DNA of 64,000 nt, from IMG/VR virus record IMGVR_UViG_3300032332_002377, one strand, 5' to 3'. Under the pieces are notes generated by a model. That model saw nothing but the letters and a program-made list of their open reading frames with translations. It did not search any database and was not told where the DNA came from. Position numbers and translations under genes: made by a program. This document shows, in pieces, positions 27,118 to 39,102 of the stretch. Every line of letters starts with the position of its first letter. Positions within the stretch are counted from its first letter, which is position 1. The stretch is from a virus (lineage: Duplodnaviria; Caudoviricetes).

Positions 27118-28794
27118 TTATTTTTTAAGGTCTTTAAGTTCTTTAATAGCTTCTATGAGTAGTGGTATTAATTTCTCGTAGTTAACAGCTTTGTAACCAT
27201 CAGGTCTGGTAGTAACAATTTCAGGTAGCACTTGTTCAACTTGCTGTGCTAATACACCATAATCTTTGCCAGATTTACCAGATGTTTCATTCCAGTTGAA
27301 GCTAATGCCTGAAATCTTATCAATTTTTTCTAGTGCACTAGATATTACTTCTTGATTGTCTTTGAGTCTTGTATCAGAGCTATAGAAAGCTGTTATGTCG
27401 TATGTGGCTCTTAAATTGCCTTGAATGTCAACATAGTCAGTGGCAGTACCGGCACCTGCTCTAATAGTTGTTGAAGTAGAGCCACCATAAAGATTTAGTG
27501 TACCGAAATTAATAGTACCAGCAGTACCTGATAATGTTGATGTAACACCTTTAAGGTTCAAAGTAGGTGAGTTAATGTCTACACGATTAGTTGTTCCTGC
27601 AGCACCTGCTGTACTAATACCTACACTACCAGAGATAGCCACATTATAGTTTTGTGAATTTATACCTGGGTCATGGTTGATAGCTATAACAGAACCGCTA
27701 CCAATGCTGTTATCTTTTACAATGGCATATGGCTGCAAGCCAGCACCAGAATTACCTACAATTCTTAATATGGTTTGTGTGCCTATTGGGTTAGAGTTGC
27801 CAAAGAATACAGTCTCATTAATGCTATCGCTAGTGAATACACTAAGAGAAGAAGTTTGTGTTGTTGTTGAATTTACAAAAGCAACAGTATTAGCTGAAAG
27901 AGTACCTGCTATCCACACATTTTGATCAAAATAAGCAGAAGAAAGAAATCTGCTAACACCATAAATTGTATTGCCTGGGCTAGCATATCCCTGAGTGGGG
28001 CTAGTGGGCCCTAGTTGTATACCGCCATTATTTTTTACTAAAACCTGTGGTTGTGTGCTTGTACTGCCAGCGACCAATAGTCCGGAAGAAGCTCTTCCTT
28101 TGAGTATTACCCCACCGCTTATGGCTTCAATTAAGCTATTAGAAGTAGCTGCAGGATCTTTTGCATAAATTTGCAACTGGAAGGGGTTTGTATTTGTATC
28201 ATTAACAAAAATTTCTTGATCTACATTTAAAGTAGCAGTGAGATTGTTGGATATTTGCTTTGTAAAAATATTTCCAATATAAAAACTACCAGCTGATGCA
28301 CAAAGTGAAATGTATCTGCCGTCAAAATTAATTTGACCATATTTTTGCTGAAGTGTGTTATTAATTTGACCGTTACCAGCTACTGAATAATCTAATATAA
28401 AGCCATCACCAATAGTGTCAGTAGGCAGTCTTAAGGAATTATAAGGAGCTCCTACATATTCAATTGTATTCATGCTGTTAATAGGGTCTGAGTAAACAAC
28501 AGGTACAAATGAAGAAAATGTACCGTTATTGTAAAACAAGGGAAGGTTATTCTCAATAAGAAAATCACCTGTTTGCAAGTAGCTCAAAATGCTATTTTTG
28601 TCAGCAATGACACCGAAATTTTTATTACCCACAGCATTGCCACCAACAGTGTACCCATCACCAATAAACAAGCGCTGTGTATCTACAGAATACCCTAATT
28701 CGCCTTCAGTAAGAGTTACATTTTTTCTTTCAGTTTCAAGCCCTCTTCTAACAAGAATTTTAACTACTGTATCTGATGTGATTTCAACTGCCAT
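27118..28794 (-). CDS. tail fibre with C-terminal peptidase S74 intramolecular chaperone
   Basis: ILVRRG...GELGY..D..RLFIGDG N-terminus; SSDTRLKDN...AQQVEQVLPE...VNYEKLIPLLIEAIKEL. Confidence 0.88.
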   Translation of the reverse strand: MAVEITSDTVVKILVRRGLETERKNVTLTEGELGYSVDTQRLFIGDGYTVGGNAVGNKNFGVIADKNSILSYLQTGDFLIENNLPLFYNNGTFSSFVPVVYSDPINSMNTIEYVGAPYNSLRLPTDTIGDGFILDYSVAGNGQINNTLQQKYGQINFDGRYISLCASAGSFYIGNIFTKQISNNLTATLNVDQEIFVNDTNTNPFQLQIYAKDPAATSNSLIEAISGGVILKGRASSGLLVAGSTSTQPQVLVKNNGGIQLGPTSPTQGYASPGNTIYGVSRFLSSAYFDQNVWIAGTLSANTVAFVNSTTTQTSSLSVFTSDSINETVFFGNSNPIGTQTILRIVGNSGAGLQPYAIVKDNSIGSGSVIAINHDPGINSQNYNVAISGSVGISTAGAAGTTNRVDINSPTLNLKGVTSTLSGTAGTINFGTLNLYGGSTSTTIRAGAGTATDYVDIQGNLRATYDITAFYSSDTRLKDNQEVISSALEKIDKISGISFNWNETSGKSGKDYGVLAQQVEQVLPEIVTTRPDGYKAVNYEKLIPLLIEAIKELKDLKK

Positions 28795-28795
28795 A

Positions 28796-29410
28796 TTATG
28801 TTCCTATATTTATAACACCCATGTTGACCCAGAGTTTACCAGGACCAGGGTTAGATGTTGGTAAGAAAGCAGGAATAGAAGATAATGATAGGCCATTCTC
28901 ATTTACAGTTAATTTGCCATCTGAATAAGTGATTTTATTGTTGTCGTAATTAACACCTATTTTTGTTCCTGATCCACCAGTAATACCGTTTGTAAACGAT
29001 GTACTTTTGATATAAGTTTCTGAGACACTTCCTGTTTTTAATCTTAAGGCACCTAGCAAGCTGTATTCAATAGTAGTGTCATCTACTTTGCTAGAAAGTC
29101 TCTTAAAAAAGTAATTATAAGGCGCTGTGGTGGTGTCTATTGCAGTAACTGAATAAAGAAAGGATGTACCATCATCATACACTAGATCGCCAATCTGTGC
29201 GTAAGAGTATGTTGTTGGGCTTGATAGATCGACAGTAAAATATTTAGTTCCCACAGGAAACCCACCAGGCGACACACCATCACCGACAAAAATGCGTCTG
29301 CCGTTTATATCGGTTACATATCCAAGTTCACCATTATCGAGTACAATTTGCTGCCTCTCAGCATCAGTGCCTCTTCTGAGTTTAATTTTAACTATAGATA
29401 CACTAGCCAT
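28796..29410 (-). CDS. short tail-fibre-like protein sharing the RRG/GELGY/VGDG N-terminal domain
   Basis: IKLRRG...GELGY...IFVGDG. Confidence 0.7.
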   Translation of the reverse strand: MASVSIVKIKLRRGTDAERQQIVLDNGELGYVTDINGRRIFVGDGVSPGGFPVGTKYFTVDLSSPTTYSYAQIGDLVYDDGTSFLYSVTAIDTTTAPYNYFFKRLSSKVDDTTIEYSLLGALRLKTGSVSETYIKSTSFTNGITGGSGTKIGVNYDNNKITYSDGKLTVNENGLSLSSIPAFLPTSNPGPGKLWVNMGVINIGT

Positions 29411-29448
29411 TGTAAGTATTTATTTATTCCACACATTTTAACAATAGA

Positions 29449-30054
29449 TTATAGTGCTTTGTTATTTAAAGATGCTGTTTGATTTAATATAGTAGTGAGA
29501 GGACCTGCAATATTCATTAATTCTCCTGGAGATGAGTGGTTAGTAGTCATTTTAGCCCTGTTTTCCAGCATAAGTCTGTAGCTCTCTAATTGGTGGTTAT
29601 TCACATTATGACTATCAAATGAACCATCATTTAATTCTGTCTTTATATTAGACCACATCTGCAATTCTCTGACTCTATCTTTAGCTACATGTTCAGAATT
29701 TGCTATAAAATAATTGACTTGATCCAGGTCTATTTGTAATTCACGTTTTTTAAATTCATCAGTAGTGTTTTCAATTTGTTTCAGTATTTTTTCTTTTTTA
29801 AGATAGTTTCTTCTCAAATCAAAACTCATGATAACCAGTTGATCAAACATGGAAGACTGCTCTCTAACAGCTTGCCAATATTTGCTGGCTTTAGTAGGAA
29901 AATCACCATCATTCAAAACAGATATTCTAGCTTCAGTATCTGTACGAAATATTTGTTTTTTATTCCATGCATCTTTTAATTCTGATGATAGCACTTTCAA
30001 TGTTTGTGCATCACCTTCTGAGAGTAAATTAATTACAGGTACTAATTCATTCAT
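29449..30054 (-). CDS. hypothetical coiled-coil phage protein
   Basis: KQIFRTDTEARISVLND...KYWQAVREQ. Confidence 0.7.
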   Translation of the reverse strand: MNELVPVINLLSEGDAQTLKVLSSELKDAWNKKQIFRTDTEARISVLNDGDFPTKASKYWQAVREQSSMFDQLVIMSFDLRRNYLKKEKILKQIENTTDEFKKRELQIDLDQVNYFIANSEHVAKDRVRELQMWSNIKTELNDGSFDSHNVNNHQLESYRLMLENRAKMTTNHSSPGELMNIAGPLTTILNQTASLNNKAL

Positions 30055-30088
30055 TACAGTTATATAATAATTTTTTTATTAAAATCAA

Positions 30089-32287
30089 TTATGTACTATA
30101 TTCTTCTGTAGAAGATAATACTGTAGGGGATGCAAAGTTTTGTGCTCCACCAGCAACAAGAAGTGAGCTAGAAGATCCACCAGTAGATGCTTGAGCAGCA
30201 AATCTAGCAGTTGACATGGAGTTTCTAGTAGAGAAAGTTGTACCGTTAAATGTATATGTTGTGTTATAATTAGCTGTACCGTTTGTGCCTCCACAAATTG
30301 TTGCATCAGACTGAGTGCCAGCTGCAGAGCTAAATCCTAAAGCTGCAGGCACACTGGTTGTAGCAGACCATGTGGATCCATTATACTTCTCACAAGTAGT
30401 AACAATAGTTACTGTTGTTGCTGTAGCTGCACCAACGCTACCGGTCATTGCTAATCCTGCAGCTGCAGTGCCTGCACAAATTACAGTGCGTCTATTAACT
30501 GTTAGATTGCCTGTGGATGTCCATGATACTCCATTCCACTTTATGCATTGATTGTAAGCTACAACTGTGTTATCAGTTCCAGTTACCCATATGGCATTGC
30601 TTGAATCGCCAAAAGAACCGCAAGAACGCCTGAAGGTAGGGTACCAGGTTGTACCAGCGCTGCCGCTCCAAGCAGTACCGTTAAATTTAGCCATAGAGTC
30701 TTGTGGGTAGTAATATGGAGATAAGTATGTATGTCCGGTACCCATAATGCCGGCAGTTTTTGAACCACACCCTGTAGTTTGCATTAGAGTATATGGATTA
30801 ATAGAGCCATTTGACCAAGATTGTGTTGTTGAATTATATGTTTCTGTTGCTGCTGTTGGAGAACCTCTTGCTGTGGTAGTAGCACCACTGGTAATAACTG
30901 CATCTTCTCTTGCACCAAAACCTGCCCCGTAATATCTGGTAGTGAGAGCATTACCACCTGCTCTCCATGTAAGAGGACGGGGAGTAGATGTGGGTGAATA
31001 ACAAGCAAGAGTATAAACCCCATCTGAAAGAAACGCTCGGTAAGTGTATCCATTGAGCTGAGACACAGTGCCACCATACAATGGATCAGTACCAGCAGGT
31101 GTTAAATATTTTATTACAACAAAACCTCTATACCCTGCACCGCCAGTATTAAATCCTGGTGTGCTAGGATTTCTTGCAGCACAAGCTTTTGATGCGCCTC
31201 CGCCTCCACAGCCATACCATATGGCATTACCATTTGTATTTCCAGCATTGGTGCCACCGTTAGAGGGAGGATTAAAACTAGCCATACCACTACCACCTCC
31301 AGAACATATAACAGGTTGATTGCCAGTATTATTACCGAGCACAGTAACTAAATCAGTATCTATAGCTAAATTTAATCCTTCACCACCAGCAGTAGTACCT
31401 ACTGCTGTGGCGCCACCGCCACCTCCTGCAAAATACTGCACCGCTCCACCGCTTCTACCCACACCAATACCTGTAGCTGCACCTGCTCCGCATCCATTAG
31501 TTCCGTAGCCGCAACCACCGCCACTACCACCATTACCGCCACTACTACAACCTCTGGCCTGACCACTGCGATCAGCGTTATAGTTACTTAATCCACCACC
31601 TCCACCACCATCAGCTCGTATTGCTGCACCTAAACTAGTAACAAGAGAAGTGCTGCCTCCAGGGTTACCTGGTGGGGTTATACTGTTTGCAGGGTTTGGT
31701 CCACCTGCACCTACTGTAATAGTTGCAACAGTTGGATCATCTAAATTTAAAATTGCTGTTGTCCATGCAACTACTCCACCAGCTCCTCCACCACCACCAT
31801 AGTATGAACAGTCGCCAAATGGGCTATATGCATAAGTGCCTCCACCTGATCCGCCACCTGCGGCAAGAAAGACTTGAACTGATATGTTGCGGGGGGGTGG
31901 AGTTGGTGTTATAGTGGGAGTAGGAGTAACGGTAGGCGTGGGTGTGGGTGTTGAAGTCGGTTCAGGGGGCGGAGAGGTGGGAGTGGGTGTAATAGTTGGG
32001 GTGGGAGTAATGGTAGGCGTGGGCGTGGGTGTTCTTGTGGGTGCATTTGTTGGTGTAGGTGTTGGTGTTAAAGTGGGTGTGGGTGTTAAAGTAGGAGTAA
32101 CTGTGGGAGTAGGTGTCCAAGGAGCATTTATAATATTGACTGTATTAGATGTTTTGGTATCTAATTGATCGTTTGACAATTCAACTAAAGTTTTTTGAAG
32201 TTTAAAGAGTTTTGAAAAACATCTGTTAATAACTGTGTTAGATACAACTTCATTCTGACCTAAAAAGTTTTGAAAATCGTAGTTCAT
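30089..32287 (-). CDS. virion protein: short anchor, (PT)n stalk, glycine-rich domain, kelch-like propeller
   Basis: PT tract, GGGGGAGG motifs, repeated YNG..WS blades. Confidence 0.75.
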   Translation of the reverse strand: MNYDFQNFLGQNEVVSNTVINRCFSKLFKLQKTLVELSNDQLDTKTSNTVNIINAPWTPTPTVTPTLTPTPTLTPTPTPTNAPTRTPTPTPTITPTPTITPTPTSPPPEPTSTPTPTPTVTPTPTITPTPPPRNISVQVFLAAGGGSGGGTYAYSPFGDCSYYGGGGGAGGVVAWTTAILNLDDPTVATITVGAGGPNPANSITPPGNPGGSTSLVTSLGAAIRADGGGGGGLSNYNADRSGQARGCSSGGNGGSGGGCGYGTNGCGAGAATGIGVGRSGGAVQYFAGGGGGATAVGTTAGGEGLNLAIDTDLVTVLGNNTGNQPVICSGGGSGMASFNPPSNGGTNAGNTNGNAIWYGCGGGGASKACAARNPSTPGFNTGGAGYRGFVVIKYLTPAGTDPLYGGTVSQLNGYTYRAFLSDGVYTLACYSPTSTPRPLTWRAGGNALTTRYYGAGFGAREDAVITSGATTTARGSPTAATETYNSTTQSWSNGSINPYTLMQTTGCGSKTAGIMGTGHTYLSPYYYPQDSMAKFNGTAWSGSAGTTWYPTFRRSCGSFGDSSNAIWVTGTDNTVVAYNQCIKWNGVSWTSTGNLTVNRRTVICAGTAAAGLAMTGSVGAATATTVTIVTTCEKYNGSTWSATTSVPAALGFSSAAGTQSDATICGGTNGTANYNTTYTFNGTTFSTRNSMSTARFAAQASTGGSSSSLLVAGGAQNFASPTVLSSTEEYST
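31891..32116 (-). repeat. (Pro-Thr)n coding repeat
   Basis: degenerate 6-bp-period repeat. Confidence 0.9.
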
Positions 32288-33762
32288 CGTAATATATTAA
32301 GAGTCTGTTCAGAGAGCTGATTCTTTTCCTCCACAGTTAAATATCTGGTAAAACAGAATACTGAGTTGCCTCGGGAGTCATATTTAAATTGAAACTTACC
32401 TATAATTTGATCTATGAAACGCAAATGATTTGCAATAAGCTTTGAAACAGCTTTGTTGATAACCCAACTTTGCACATATTCTTCTGGTTTTATTAAAATT
32501 TCATCTAACGAGTATATATCAAAATCTGGTTCTGTTAAATTATCATACAGATTTTTGTTATCTAAAAATGCACCTATTATGCCTGCATTTTTAACTGGAT
32601 TCTTAGAGGCTAAAAAGTTCTTATCATTCAACCCGCTAGGCATAGTAGCAAAAGCAGATATGTTTTGGGTGTTATTATATTTCTGCAAATAGAGCAAATA
32701 CTTGCCTATGGTGTTGTTGAGATCATTTGTTAAGCCTTTGTATACATTTTCTGTTGTTACTAAATAATAAATATCATAGTCAGTTTTAGAAAATACAATA
32801 TCAATGGCCTGTTCTGTAGTATTGAGATAGTCAATTATAACTTCTTGTTTATTTTCAAAATTATTTGTGTATAAATTTATTTTATTGCCAGATAGCAAGC
32901 AATAAAAAGTACCGTTGTGGTCAACTTTTAATTTGAGAGGTTCAGTATATAGAAAATCTTTATTTAACAAATATGTATTGAGCCAGTTTAAATTGTTATC
33001 ATATCTCTTAACACAAACATTACCTGCATCTAGCACATACACTTCATTGTTATAGGTTGTTACATCTGTGGGTGCATTAAATGATAATTTTTCACTAGCA
33101 GAGCCAAATTCACCTAATAGATTTCTTAAACGTAATTTATTACTAAACATATTATCACTTGTGTATAAACCACGGGCATCATATTGGTACAGTGTGTTGT
33201 TACCTTTATCAAGAATTAAGAAAGAATTGTCAGGCCCTTCTGTAATGGCAACTACATCACTAAAAAATACATTATTATATAATCCAGGATTGAAAGCAGA
33301 AAACATGTATGTATAAGTAGTTACCGGTGTATCATCATTGTAATTAAAAAACATGAGAACACTTTTGCCATCTGAAGTTAATAATGTATATTGGGGCAAT
33401 TCTTTATTAGCAGCAGCAAAAAGAACTTTTGTATTATTAACAGGGTAATAATATTGTGTTGCAGCAGATTCAAATTGTGAAGATGAAAGCCCATAGCACC
33501 ATGCTAAATTAACTGCACCGGTGCTGACACCTAAAATGGCAGTAGAGCTAACAGGTATGATATTAGATGCTATTTTTGCTTTTGAATAAAGATATAAGAA
33601 ATTATCATATATGTGTTTGAGCTTAAGGTTGATAACATCTACTGTTACAGTATCGTTGGGTTGAATAGTCACCTCTTCAATATCATAAGGCAATTTTAAT
33701 ATTTCAGTAGGAAATCTATTAAAAGTAATACCATTATCATTAATTGCATCTAAAATATTCAT
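32284..33762 (-). CDS. virion protein with NHL-like beta-propeller
   Basis: FNAPTDV...VYVLDAGN; LILDKGNN. Confidence 0.65.
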   Translation of the reverse strand: MNILDAINDNGITFNRFPTEILKLPYDIEEVTIQPNDTVTVDVINLKLKHIYDNFLYLYSKAKIASNIIPVSSTAILGVSTGAVNLAWCYGLSSSQFESAATQYYYPVNNTKVLFAAANKELPQYTLLTSDGKSVLMFFNYNDDTPVTTYTYMFSAFNPGLYNNVFFSDVVAITEGPDNSFLILDKGNNTLYQYDARGLYTSDNMFSNKLRLRNLLGEFGSASEKLSFNAPTDVTTYNNEVYVLDAGNVCVKRYDNNLNWLNTYLLNKDFLYTEPLKLKVDHNGTFYCLLSGNKINLYTNNFENKQEVIIDYLNTTEQAIDIVFSKTDYDIYYLVTTENVYKGLTNDLNNTIGKYLLYLQKYNNTQNISAFATMPSGLNDKNFLASKNPVKNAGIIGAFLDNKNLYDNLTEPDFDIYSLDEILIKPEEYVQSWVINKAVSKLIANHLRFIDQIIGKFQFKYDSRGNSVFCFTRYLTVEEKNQLSEQTLNILR

Positions 33763-36700
33763 TATTCACTCCACTTTATCTTATTTACCCTGGTGTAAGC
33801 TGGTGCTGTTGTGGCCAAAAGGTTATATACCCGTTTTTCAATTTCATTTTTTAATACTGCATTACTTATTCCACTATTTTTAAATACAATATTAAACATT
33901 GTAGACTTGCTGCCAGGTGTTCTGAATTTAAAATATCTTTCTATTTCTTCTATGTAATTTCTTCTGCCACAAGGCAAGTCTAAAACCATGTCTTCTACAG
34001 TCTTATTAGCCCTTATATGAAACATTATGTCAAAATAGTTTAATGCCTGGTTGTACAAGTAAAAATTCTTTATTTGTATATTCTTACAGTTGAATGAATT
34101 GTCTTTAAGGTACTCAAAAATTGGAATTGAATTGCTATATGTTGCAGTACCAACAAAGAATGGTCTGTCAATTATATTAGAGAATTTATATTTTTTAGGT
34201 GTAAATGTTGCTTCTGAGACTATCTGCCCGTCAATAATAATATGGAATGTACCACCATTGCTATTATACCTAAACACAAAATTGTGATAACCTGGGGTTA
34301 GAGCAGAAAGACCATATATAAAATTCAAACTAACTTGATCATCGGTATCAGAATTTAAATAGTTTTTTAGTTTTAATTTTGTATTTAAAACATTACCATA
34401 ATAAAGATCAGAGAAATAATATCTTAAAAATGTTGATTGAGTAATGGATGTGTAGCTGGGGCCAATTTGCTTGGAACAAAGCGTATCAAGCAATGTGCCT
34501 TCATTATTTAATTTATATACTATGCTTCTATTATCTGATGATACACCGGTAATAAACGTATACTTGCCAAGACCATAATCAGCAATATTATAACCAAAGT
34601 CAATATTAGTGGAACGAACGGATGACAATGGAAGAGTGCCAGAAAGAGCCACTATGTTGTTACTGTCTAAAACTGTGAATTTGTAGCTATCATGTAAGAC
34701 CCATAAATTACCATCTATATCTAAATCATAATCTTCTAGAGAATTATACGCTGATACAGTCAATCTAATGCTCCCGGGATCAGTAGCATTATTTTTAATA
34801 TCCCAATTATATATGGAATACCCACTTGGATTAGTTATTTTAAAATAGATATTATCTAAATATCTTTCTGCTTTATCACCAACTGTAAGATAAATGCTAT
34901 TGCCTTTTACATTAACAGTAGTAGCTAGCGTAATATAATTAAAGGGTACGTTTAGGAAGTAGAAATTATATTCAGTACTGCTTGTAGTAATTTCAAGTAA
35001 TTCTCCATTTACAAACTTAACACGGAATAATTTTACATCTGCAGTAGCAGGATCTCTACCCAATATAAATGCAAATTTATCATTATAGTCGTAATCTAAT
35101 ATGTCTTTAAAATAATCATTAGTTACTCTGTATAGTTTACTGTATCGATTATTATATCTCTCAAATGTTCCGCTTTTTGTAATTAAATAGAAATCATCAA
35201 AGCCATCTAAGCGCAAAATAGCTACAGCAGAGCTGGGTGTTTCAATTGTGTTTAATTTTTTAAAGTTCAAGTTTCTTACTTCAATAGAGCTTAAGCCATT
35301 TAAAAACAACGCTGGGGTAACTTTGTTTGTGTTGAATACACCAAACCCATCAGCTGCATAATTTCCTAAAAACTGGTATCCAAATGGTCTTGTCCAATCA
35401 TCATTATAGCAGTCGAATATAACAGTAAACTCATTTGTAGATTGAATTGTAGATAAATTATCAGTAGAGCAATATGTGCTACCATTAAACACATATAATG
35501 GATCGATGTCTTGACTAACTGTTGAGAAGTTTGAATCTTGATATATATCAAAATTTTGTTGTATTAAATGGTTTTTTAAATATTGAATATAATTTTTACT
35601 ATAATCTTCACCTATATGATAGTAGGCAAAGTATGTCCCAGGTTCAAATATTGAATCTGATATTTTATCGACCACATATGTATTTTGAGGTACAATGCCC
35701 TGCAAGCAATCGTAATAAGGAATATATTCAATTGCATTAAAATTTGATGCAGTTAGAGCTGGTAGAAACCCTATTCTAGAAGGAAAATAATATCTATCAA
35801 CCCAAATAGGTCTGGAAAATGCATTTGCATTTCCTGATAACCAAGAACATAAAAAGCTTCCATTATTTTCAAGCTTTGTATTACCATAAAAACTAGTAAA
35901 TTTGTAATCTGCTTTTTTCTTAAAAATTTTATCGCTCTTCATTGGGTGATCGCCTGCAATAGCTCCAGATTCTGCTAATTTTGAATCATTTATATTAAGT
36001 GCTTGAAGAGGGTAAAAAATTTGAGGTACATGAAAATATGTTATTTTATCTTTTTTAAATATTGTATTGGAGGTATAGGCTTCGTAATTTAACAAAATGT
36101 TATCATTGCCTAATTCTTGATTAGATCCAGTAAACATTTTTTTATAATCACGCATGAACACATCATCTTCTTGAAAGAAAGGATTGGCTCTGGATTGATA
36201 ATTTTCAGGTGTATTGGTATTTTTTAAAGACAATGCATTCACATCAAGTGATTTTGATGAAATATTATAATACTGTGAATTCAAAAGCATATTTGAAGGT
36301 ACATTTTGAAAGCTTAAATCTTTATTGATAAGTATTTTGCTATTAACAGTCTTCTCGTAACTGACCCAAGGGTCATCTAGTGGAGTTATATTTGATGTGT
36401 CTTGTCTTGGCATGCATCTAAAAACAGTTTGAGCGCTAAAGTTTAAGGATGTACCAGTAACAGGCGCAACAAAAGACAAGTCCTTTGTTACACTATTAAA
36501 AGATATATAAAAAATTATATCATTTATATTTTTAAAGAAAGCTATTAAGTCATTGGGTCTGTCGTACAAGTATAAAAATATTTGAGGGCTATATTCACCT
36601 AAGTTATCTAATTTTGCATCAGGATTAAAACTTAAATTACCAGTTACATCGCATGTCAAATAACGCTTAATACCATCGTTTTCATGGGCTACTTTGCATT

Positions 36701-37121
36701 TAAAATCATCAAGAAAGGTTACTTCAAAATAATATCTATTATCCATCTTTCCGGCAACACCTGAAACTGCTACAGCAGCAGTATTAACATTAATGCCTGG
36801 TTCTTCAGCTACCCAATAAAATGATTTGTCTGATAAGCCATACAAAGAATTGGCTGCTAAGTAAGTTGAAAACCCTTCATCATCTAAATACTCTAGCGGT
36901 TTGATCTCTAGAACATCATTAATAATTTTTGGACTGGTTAAATGAAGATTGGAATAATTGTTTAGTGTAGAATCATTAGGTATTTGCAATACCTTCTCTA
37001 GGTTTAAAAATATATTATTTTCTGTATAAAATACATTTTTCGAAAAATTTACATCTGGGTCAAAGTTGTAATTAGAAGAAAGCGGTGTAATATTGTTAGT
37101 ATTAAGTGAAAAGACTTGCAT
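33762..37121 (-). CDS. large baseplate/fibre protein with C-terminal LamG/ConA-like domain
   Basis: GYHNFVFRY...IIDGQ...FFVGT...IKNFYLYNQAL. Confidence 0.65.
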   Translation of the reverse strand: MQVFSLNTNNITPLSSNYNFDPDVNFSKNVFYTENNIFLNLEKVLQIPNDSTLNNYSNLHLTSPKIINDVLEIKPLEYLDDEGFSTYLAANSLYGLSDKSFYWVAEEPGINVNTAAVAVSGVAGKMDNRYYFEVTFLDDFKCKVAHENDGIKRYLTCDVTGNLSFNPDAKLDNLGEYSPQIFLYLYDRPNDLIAFFKNINDIIFYISFNSVTKDLSFVAPVTGTSLNFSAQTVFRCMPRQDTSNITPLDDPWVSYEKTVNSKILINKDLSFQNVPSNMLLNSQYYNISSKSLDVNALSLKNTNTPENYQSRANPFFQEDDVFMRDYKKMFTGSNQELGNDNILLNYEAYTSNTIFKKDKITYFHVPQIFYPLQALNINDSKLAESGAIAGDHPMKSDKIFKKKADYKFTSFYGNTKLENNGSFLCSWLSGNANAFSRPIWVDRYYFPSRIGFLPALTASNFNAIEYIPYYDCLQGIVPQNTYVVDKISDSIFEPGTYFAYYHIGEDYSKNYIQYLKNHLIQQNFDIYQDSNFSTVSQDIDPLYVFNGSTYCSTDNLSTIQSTNEFTVIFDCYNDDWTRPFGYQFLGNYAADGFGVFNTNKVTPALFLNGLSSIEVRNLNFKKLNTIETPSSAVAILRLDGFDDFYLITKSGTFERYNNRYSKLYRVTNDYFKDILDYDYNDKFAFILGRDPATADVKLFRVKFVNGELLEITTSSTEYNFYFLNVPFNYITLATTVNVKGNSIYLTVGDKAERYLDNIYFKITNPSGYSIYNWDIKNNATDPGSIRLTVSAYNSLEDYDLDIDGNLWVLHDSYKFTVLDSNNIVALSGTLPLSSVRSTNIDFGYNIADYGLGKYTFITGVSSDNRSIVYKLNNEGTLLDTLCSKQIGPSYTSITQSTFLRYYFSDLYYGNVLNTKLKLKNYLNSDTDDQVSLNFIYGLSALTPGYHNFVFRYNSNGGTFHIIIDGQIVSEATFTPKKYKFSNIIDRPFFVGTATYSNSIPIFEYLKDNSFNCKNIQIKNFYLYNQALNYFDIMFHIRANKTVEDMVLDLPCGRRNYIEEIERYFKFRTPGSKSTMFNIVFKNSGISNAVLKNEIEKRVYNLLATTAPAYTRVNKIKWSE

Positions 37122-37176
37122 CTTAATTATTTACTTTAAAAACACATTTATAAATAGCAATATTATAGTATTAGAG

Positions 37177-37728
37177 TTATCTAATGCCTAATAATACATA
37201 ATTACCACCGTCAAAATTATTATTAGCAGCAGATGTATATAACATTATGTCTTTGCTAGCTGGTGTATAGTTATGAGATTTCATAAATATATAGCTACCA
37301 CCAGCATCTTGAATAGTGCTATTATTTTCACTAGCCGAAATGAGAGTACCGCCTATTAAATCTATTGTGCAATGTACCCATATACCTGTAGAAGCTGACG
37401 AATTGTTATGACTAATACAACTACCGTTAGTACCGTTTGCATAATCGCTTATGCCTATTCTTGTATTAGCTGCTGTAAATCCTACATTTTTAAGTATTAA
37501 TTTTAATAACTTATATTGAGTTAAGTCCCCTGCGTTTTGGAGTAAAGAACAAAAAGGAAAGTTAATAAAACCACCAGCAGAAGGTATTGTGCCGGTTTTT
37601 ATTGTGTCGACACTATTACGTAATTGAGATGCAGTAACCTTCCCTGTTGTAGATCCATTAGAAGCTGGTAGGACTAAACTATCTGCAAGAGCAATTGAAT
37701 TTAATTGAGATATTTTAACTGTTGCCAT
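37177..37728 (-). CDS. small tail-fibre-like protein
   Basis: N-terminal KISQL...TGKVTASQL fibre motif. Confidence 0.65.
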   Translation of the reverse strand: MATVKISQLNSIALADSLVLPASNGSTTGKVTASQLRNSVDTIKTGTIPSAGGFINFPFCSLLQNAGDLTQYKLLKLILKNVGFTAANTRIGISDYANGTNGSCISHNNSSASTGIWVHCTIDLIGGTLISASENNSTIQDAGGSYIFMKSHNYTPASKDIMLYTSAANNNFDGGNYVLLGIR

Positions 37729-37748
37729 AATATTATTTATCTAAAGTT

Positions 37749-39077
37749 TTACGTAATAATATAATAATTACAGAAATCGTCTGTCAGAATATCTATATTA
37801 TCGTCTGTTATCAGATAAGTCAATGTGCCAGGTGGAGTTGCAATTTCTGCGCCTTCACCATGAACACGGCCACTGCCTATGTTGTTTATTTGTGCGCAAT
37901 AGCCGTTGAGATTAATAGCTTTGCCTGCATTATTATAACCTACAACACAAGGTGCATTAGACTGGTAAATGTTAACAATATCGCCATTGCCCTTTTGACC
38001 TAAATTACCACCTCCAGTTGTGTATCTATTGCCTTGGAATGCATCATTTATAAAGCTCTGTGTGCCAGACAAATAGGTTGATTCTGTTGCAGGTAGCACA
38101 GAACTGCCTTTATCTATACCAGCGCCTCCACCACCTGCATATTTAACATATGTAGTATTCATGGCACTAATAATGGCGCCTCCACCACCGCCACCAATTA
38201 TTCCAGCATTATTAATAGTTAAATTGCAATTAAGCTTGATTGCATCTCCGCCGGGTCCACCTGCAGACCATAGATAGTGAGTACTATTAACTACACCACA
38301 CTCCAATATGGTTTCATTTGCATTGCCACCTTTGCCAGCAACAACACCATTCAATGGCGAATTAGTAGAATCAGATACAGCAGGTATGGTCAAGGTTATT
38401 TCAGACCCAACAGGCCATGTGCCAGTATCTATTGCAGGTAGTAGACGAGATTTACTGCCAATATTGCCTGCTACAGTAAACTCTACTATAGTAGGATTAG
38501 AAGAATAGTCTCCTGAAACATCTTGGTAGAATTTTCTTAAATTAATGTTGTATGTGTTTGTATTTGCTACACCTATAGTTAGATATCTGTAATTAGGTGT
38601 TGGGGAAGGTGTGGGTGTGGCAGTAGGTGTCACAGTAGGTGTGGGTGTTGGTGTTGATCCAGGAACAGGTGTAGATGTAACAGTTGGCGTGGGAGTAATG
38701 GTAGGTGTAGGCGTGATGGTGGGTGTGGGTGTAGGTGTGTTAGTGGGCGTAGGAGTAATGGTAGGTGTGGGAGTAATGGTAGGTGTAGGTGTAGGAGTTG
38801 GAGTATTAGTTCTTGTTGGTGTTGGAGTGGGTGTAGGAGTTGGAGGAAAAAAGCTGAATGGATATGTATTTGAATCAAAAAGATACACAGTACCAGGATA
38901 CAGTTTATCGAGAGAATTTAAATTACTTTCTGTAGAACTGAATTGTTCCAGGTATTTACCGTCAGTTGAAACACCTAAAATAGTATTAATATAGTCTTTT
39001 TTATCCCAAGAATTTAAATCTAAAGCATAAGACTCATTAAATTCTACAAACTGAAGCTTTTGAGTTATAGAAATCAT
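37749..39077 (-). CDS. anchor, (PT)n stalk and gp38-like glycine-rich adhesin
   Basis: [30 protein letters not shown]; GKAINLNG. Confidence 0.72.
   Translation of the reverse strand: MISITQKLQFVEFNESYALDLNSWDKKDYINTILGVSTDGKYLEQFSSTESNLNSLDKLYPGTVYLFDSNTYPFSFFPPTPTPTPTPTRTNTPTPTPTPTITPTPTITPTPTNTPTPTPTITPTPTITPTPTVTSTPVPGSTPTPTPTVTPTATPTPSPTPNYRYLTIGVANTNTYNINLRKFYQDVSGDYSSNPTIVEFTVAGNIGSKSRLLPAIDTGTWPVGSEITLTIPAVSDSTNSPLNGVVAGKGGNANETILECGVVNSTHYLWSAGGPGGDAIKLNCNLTINNAGIIGGGGGGAIISAMNTTYVKYAGGGGAGIDKGSSVLPATESTYLSGTQSFINDAFQGNRYTTGGGNLGQKGNGDIVNIYQSNAPCVVGYNNAGKAINLNGYCAQINNIGSGRVHGEGAEIATPPGTLTYLITDDNIDILTDDFCNYYIIT
38596..38845 (-). repeat. (Pro-Thr)n coding repeat
   Basis: degenerate 6-bp-period repeat. 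Confidence 0.9.
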
Positions 39078-39102
39078 TTTTTAATATTTAACTCCTTTAT
39101 TA

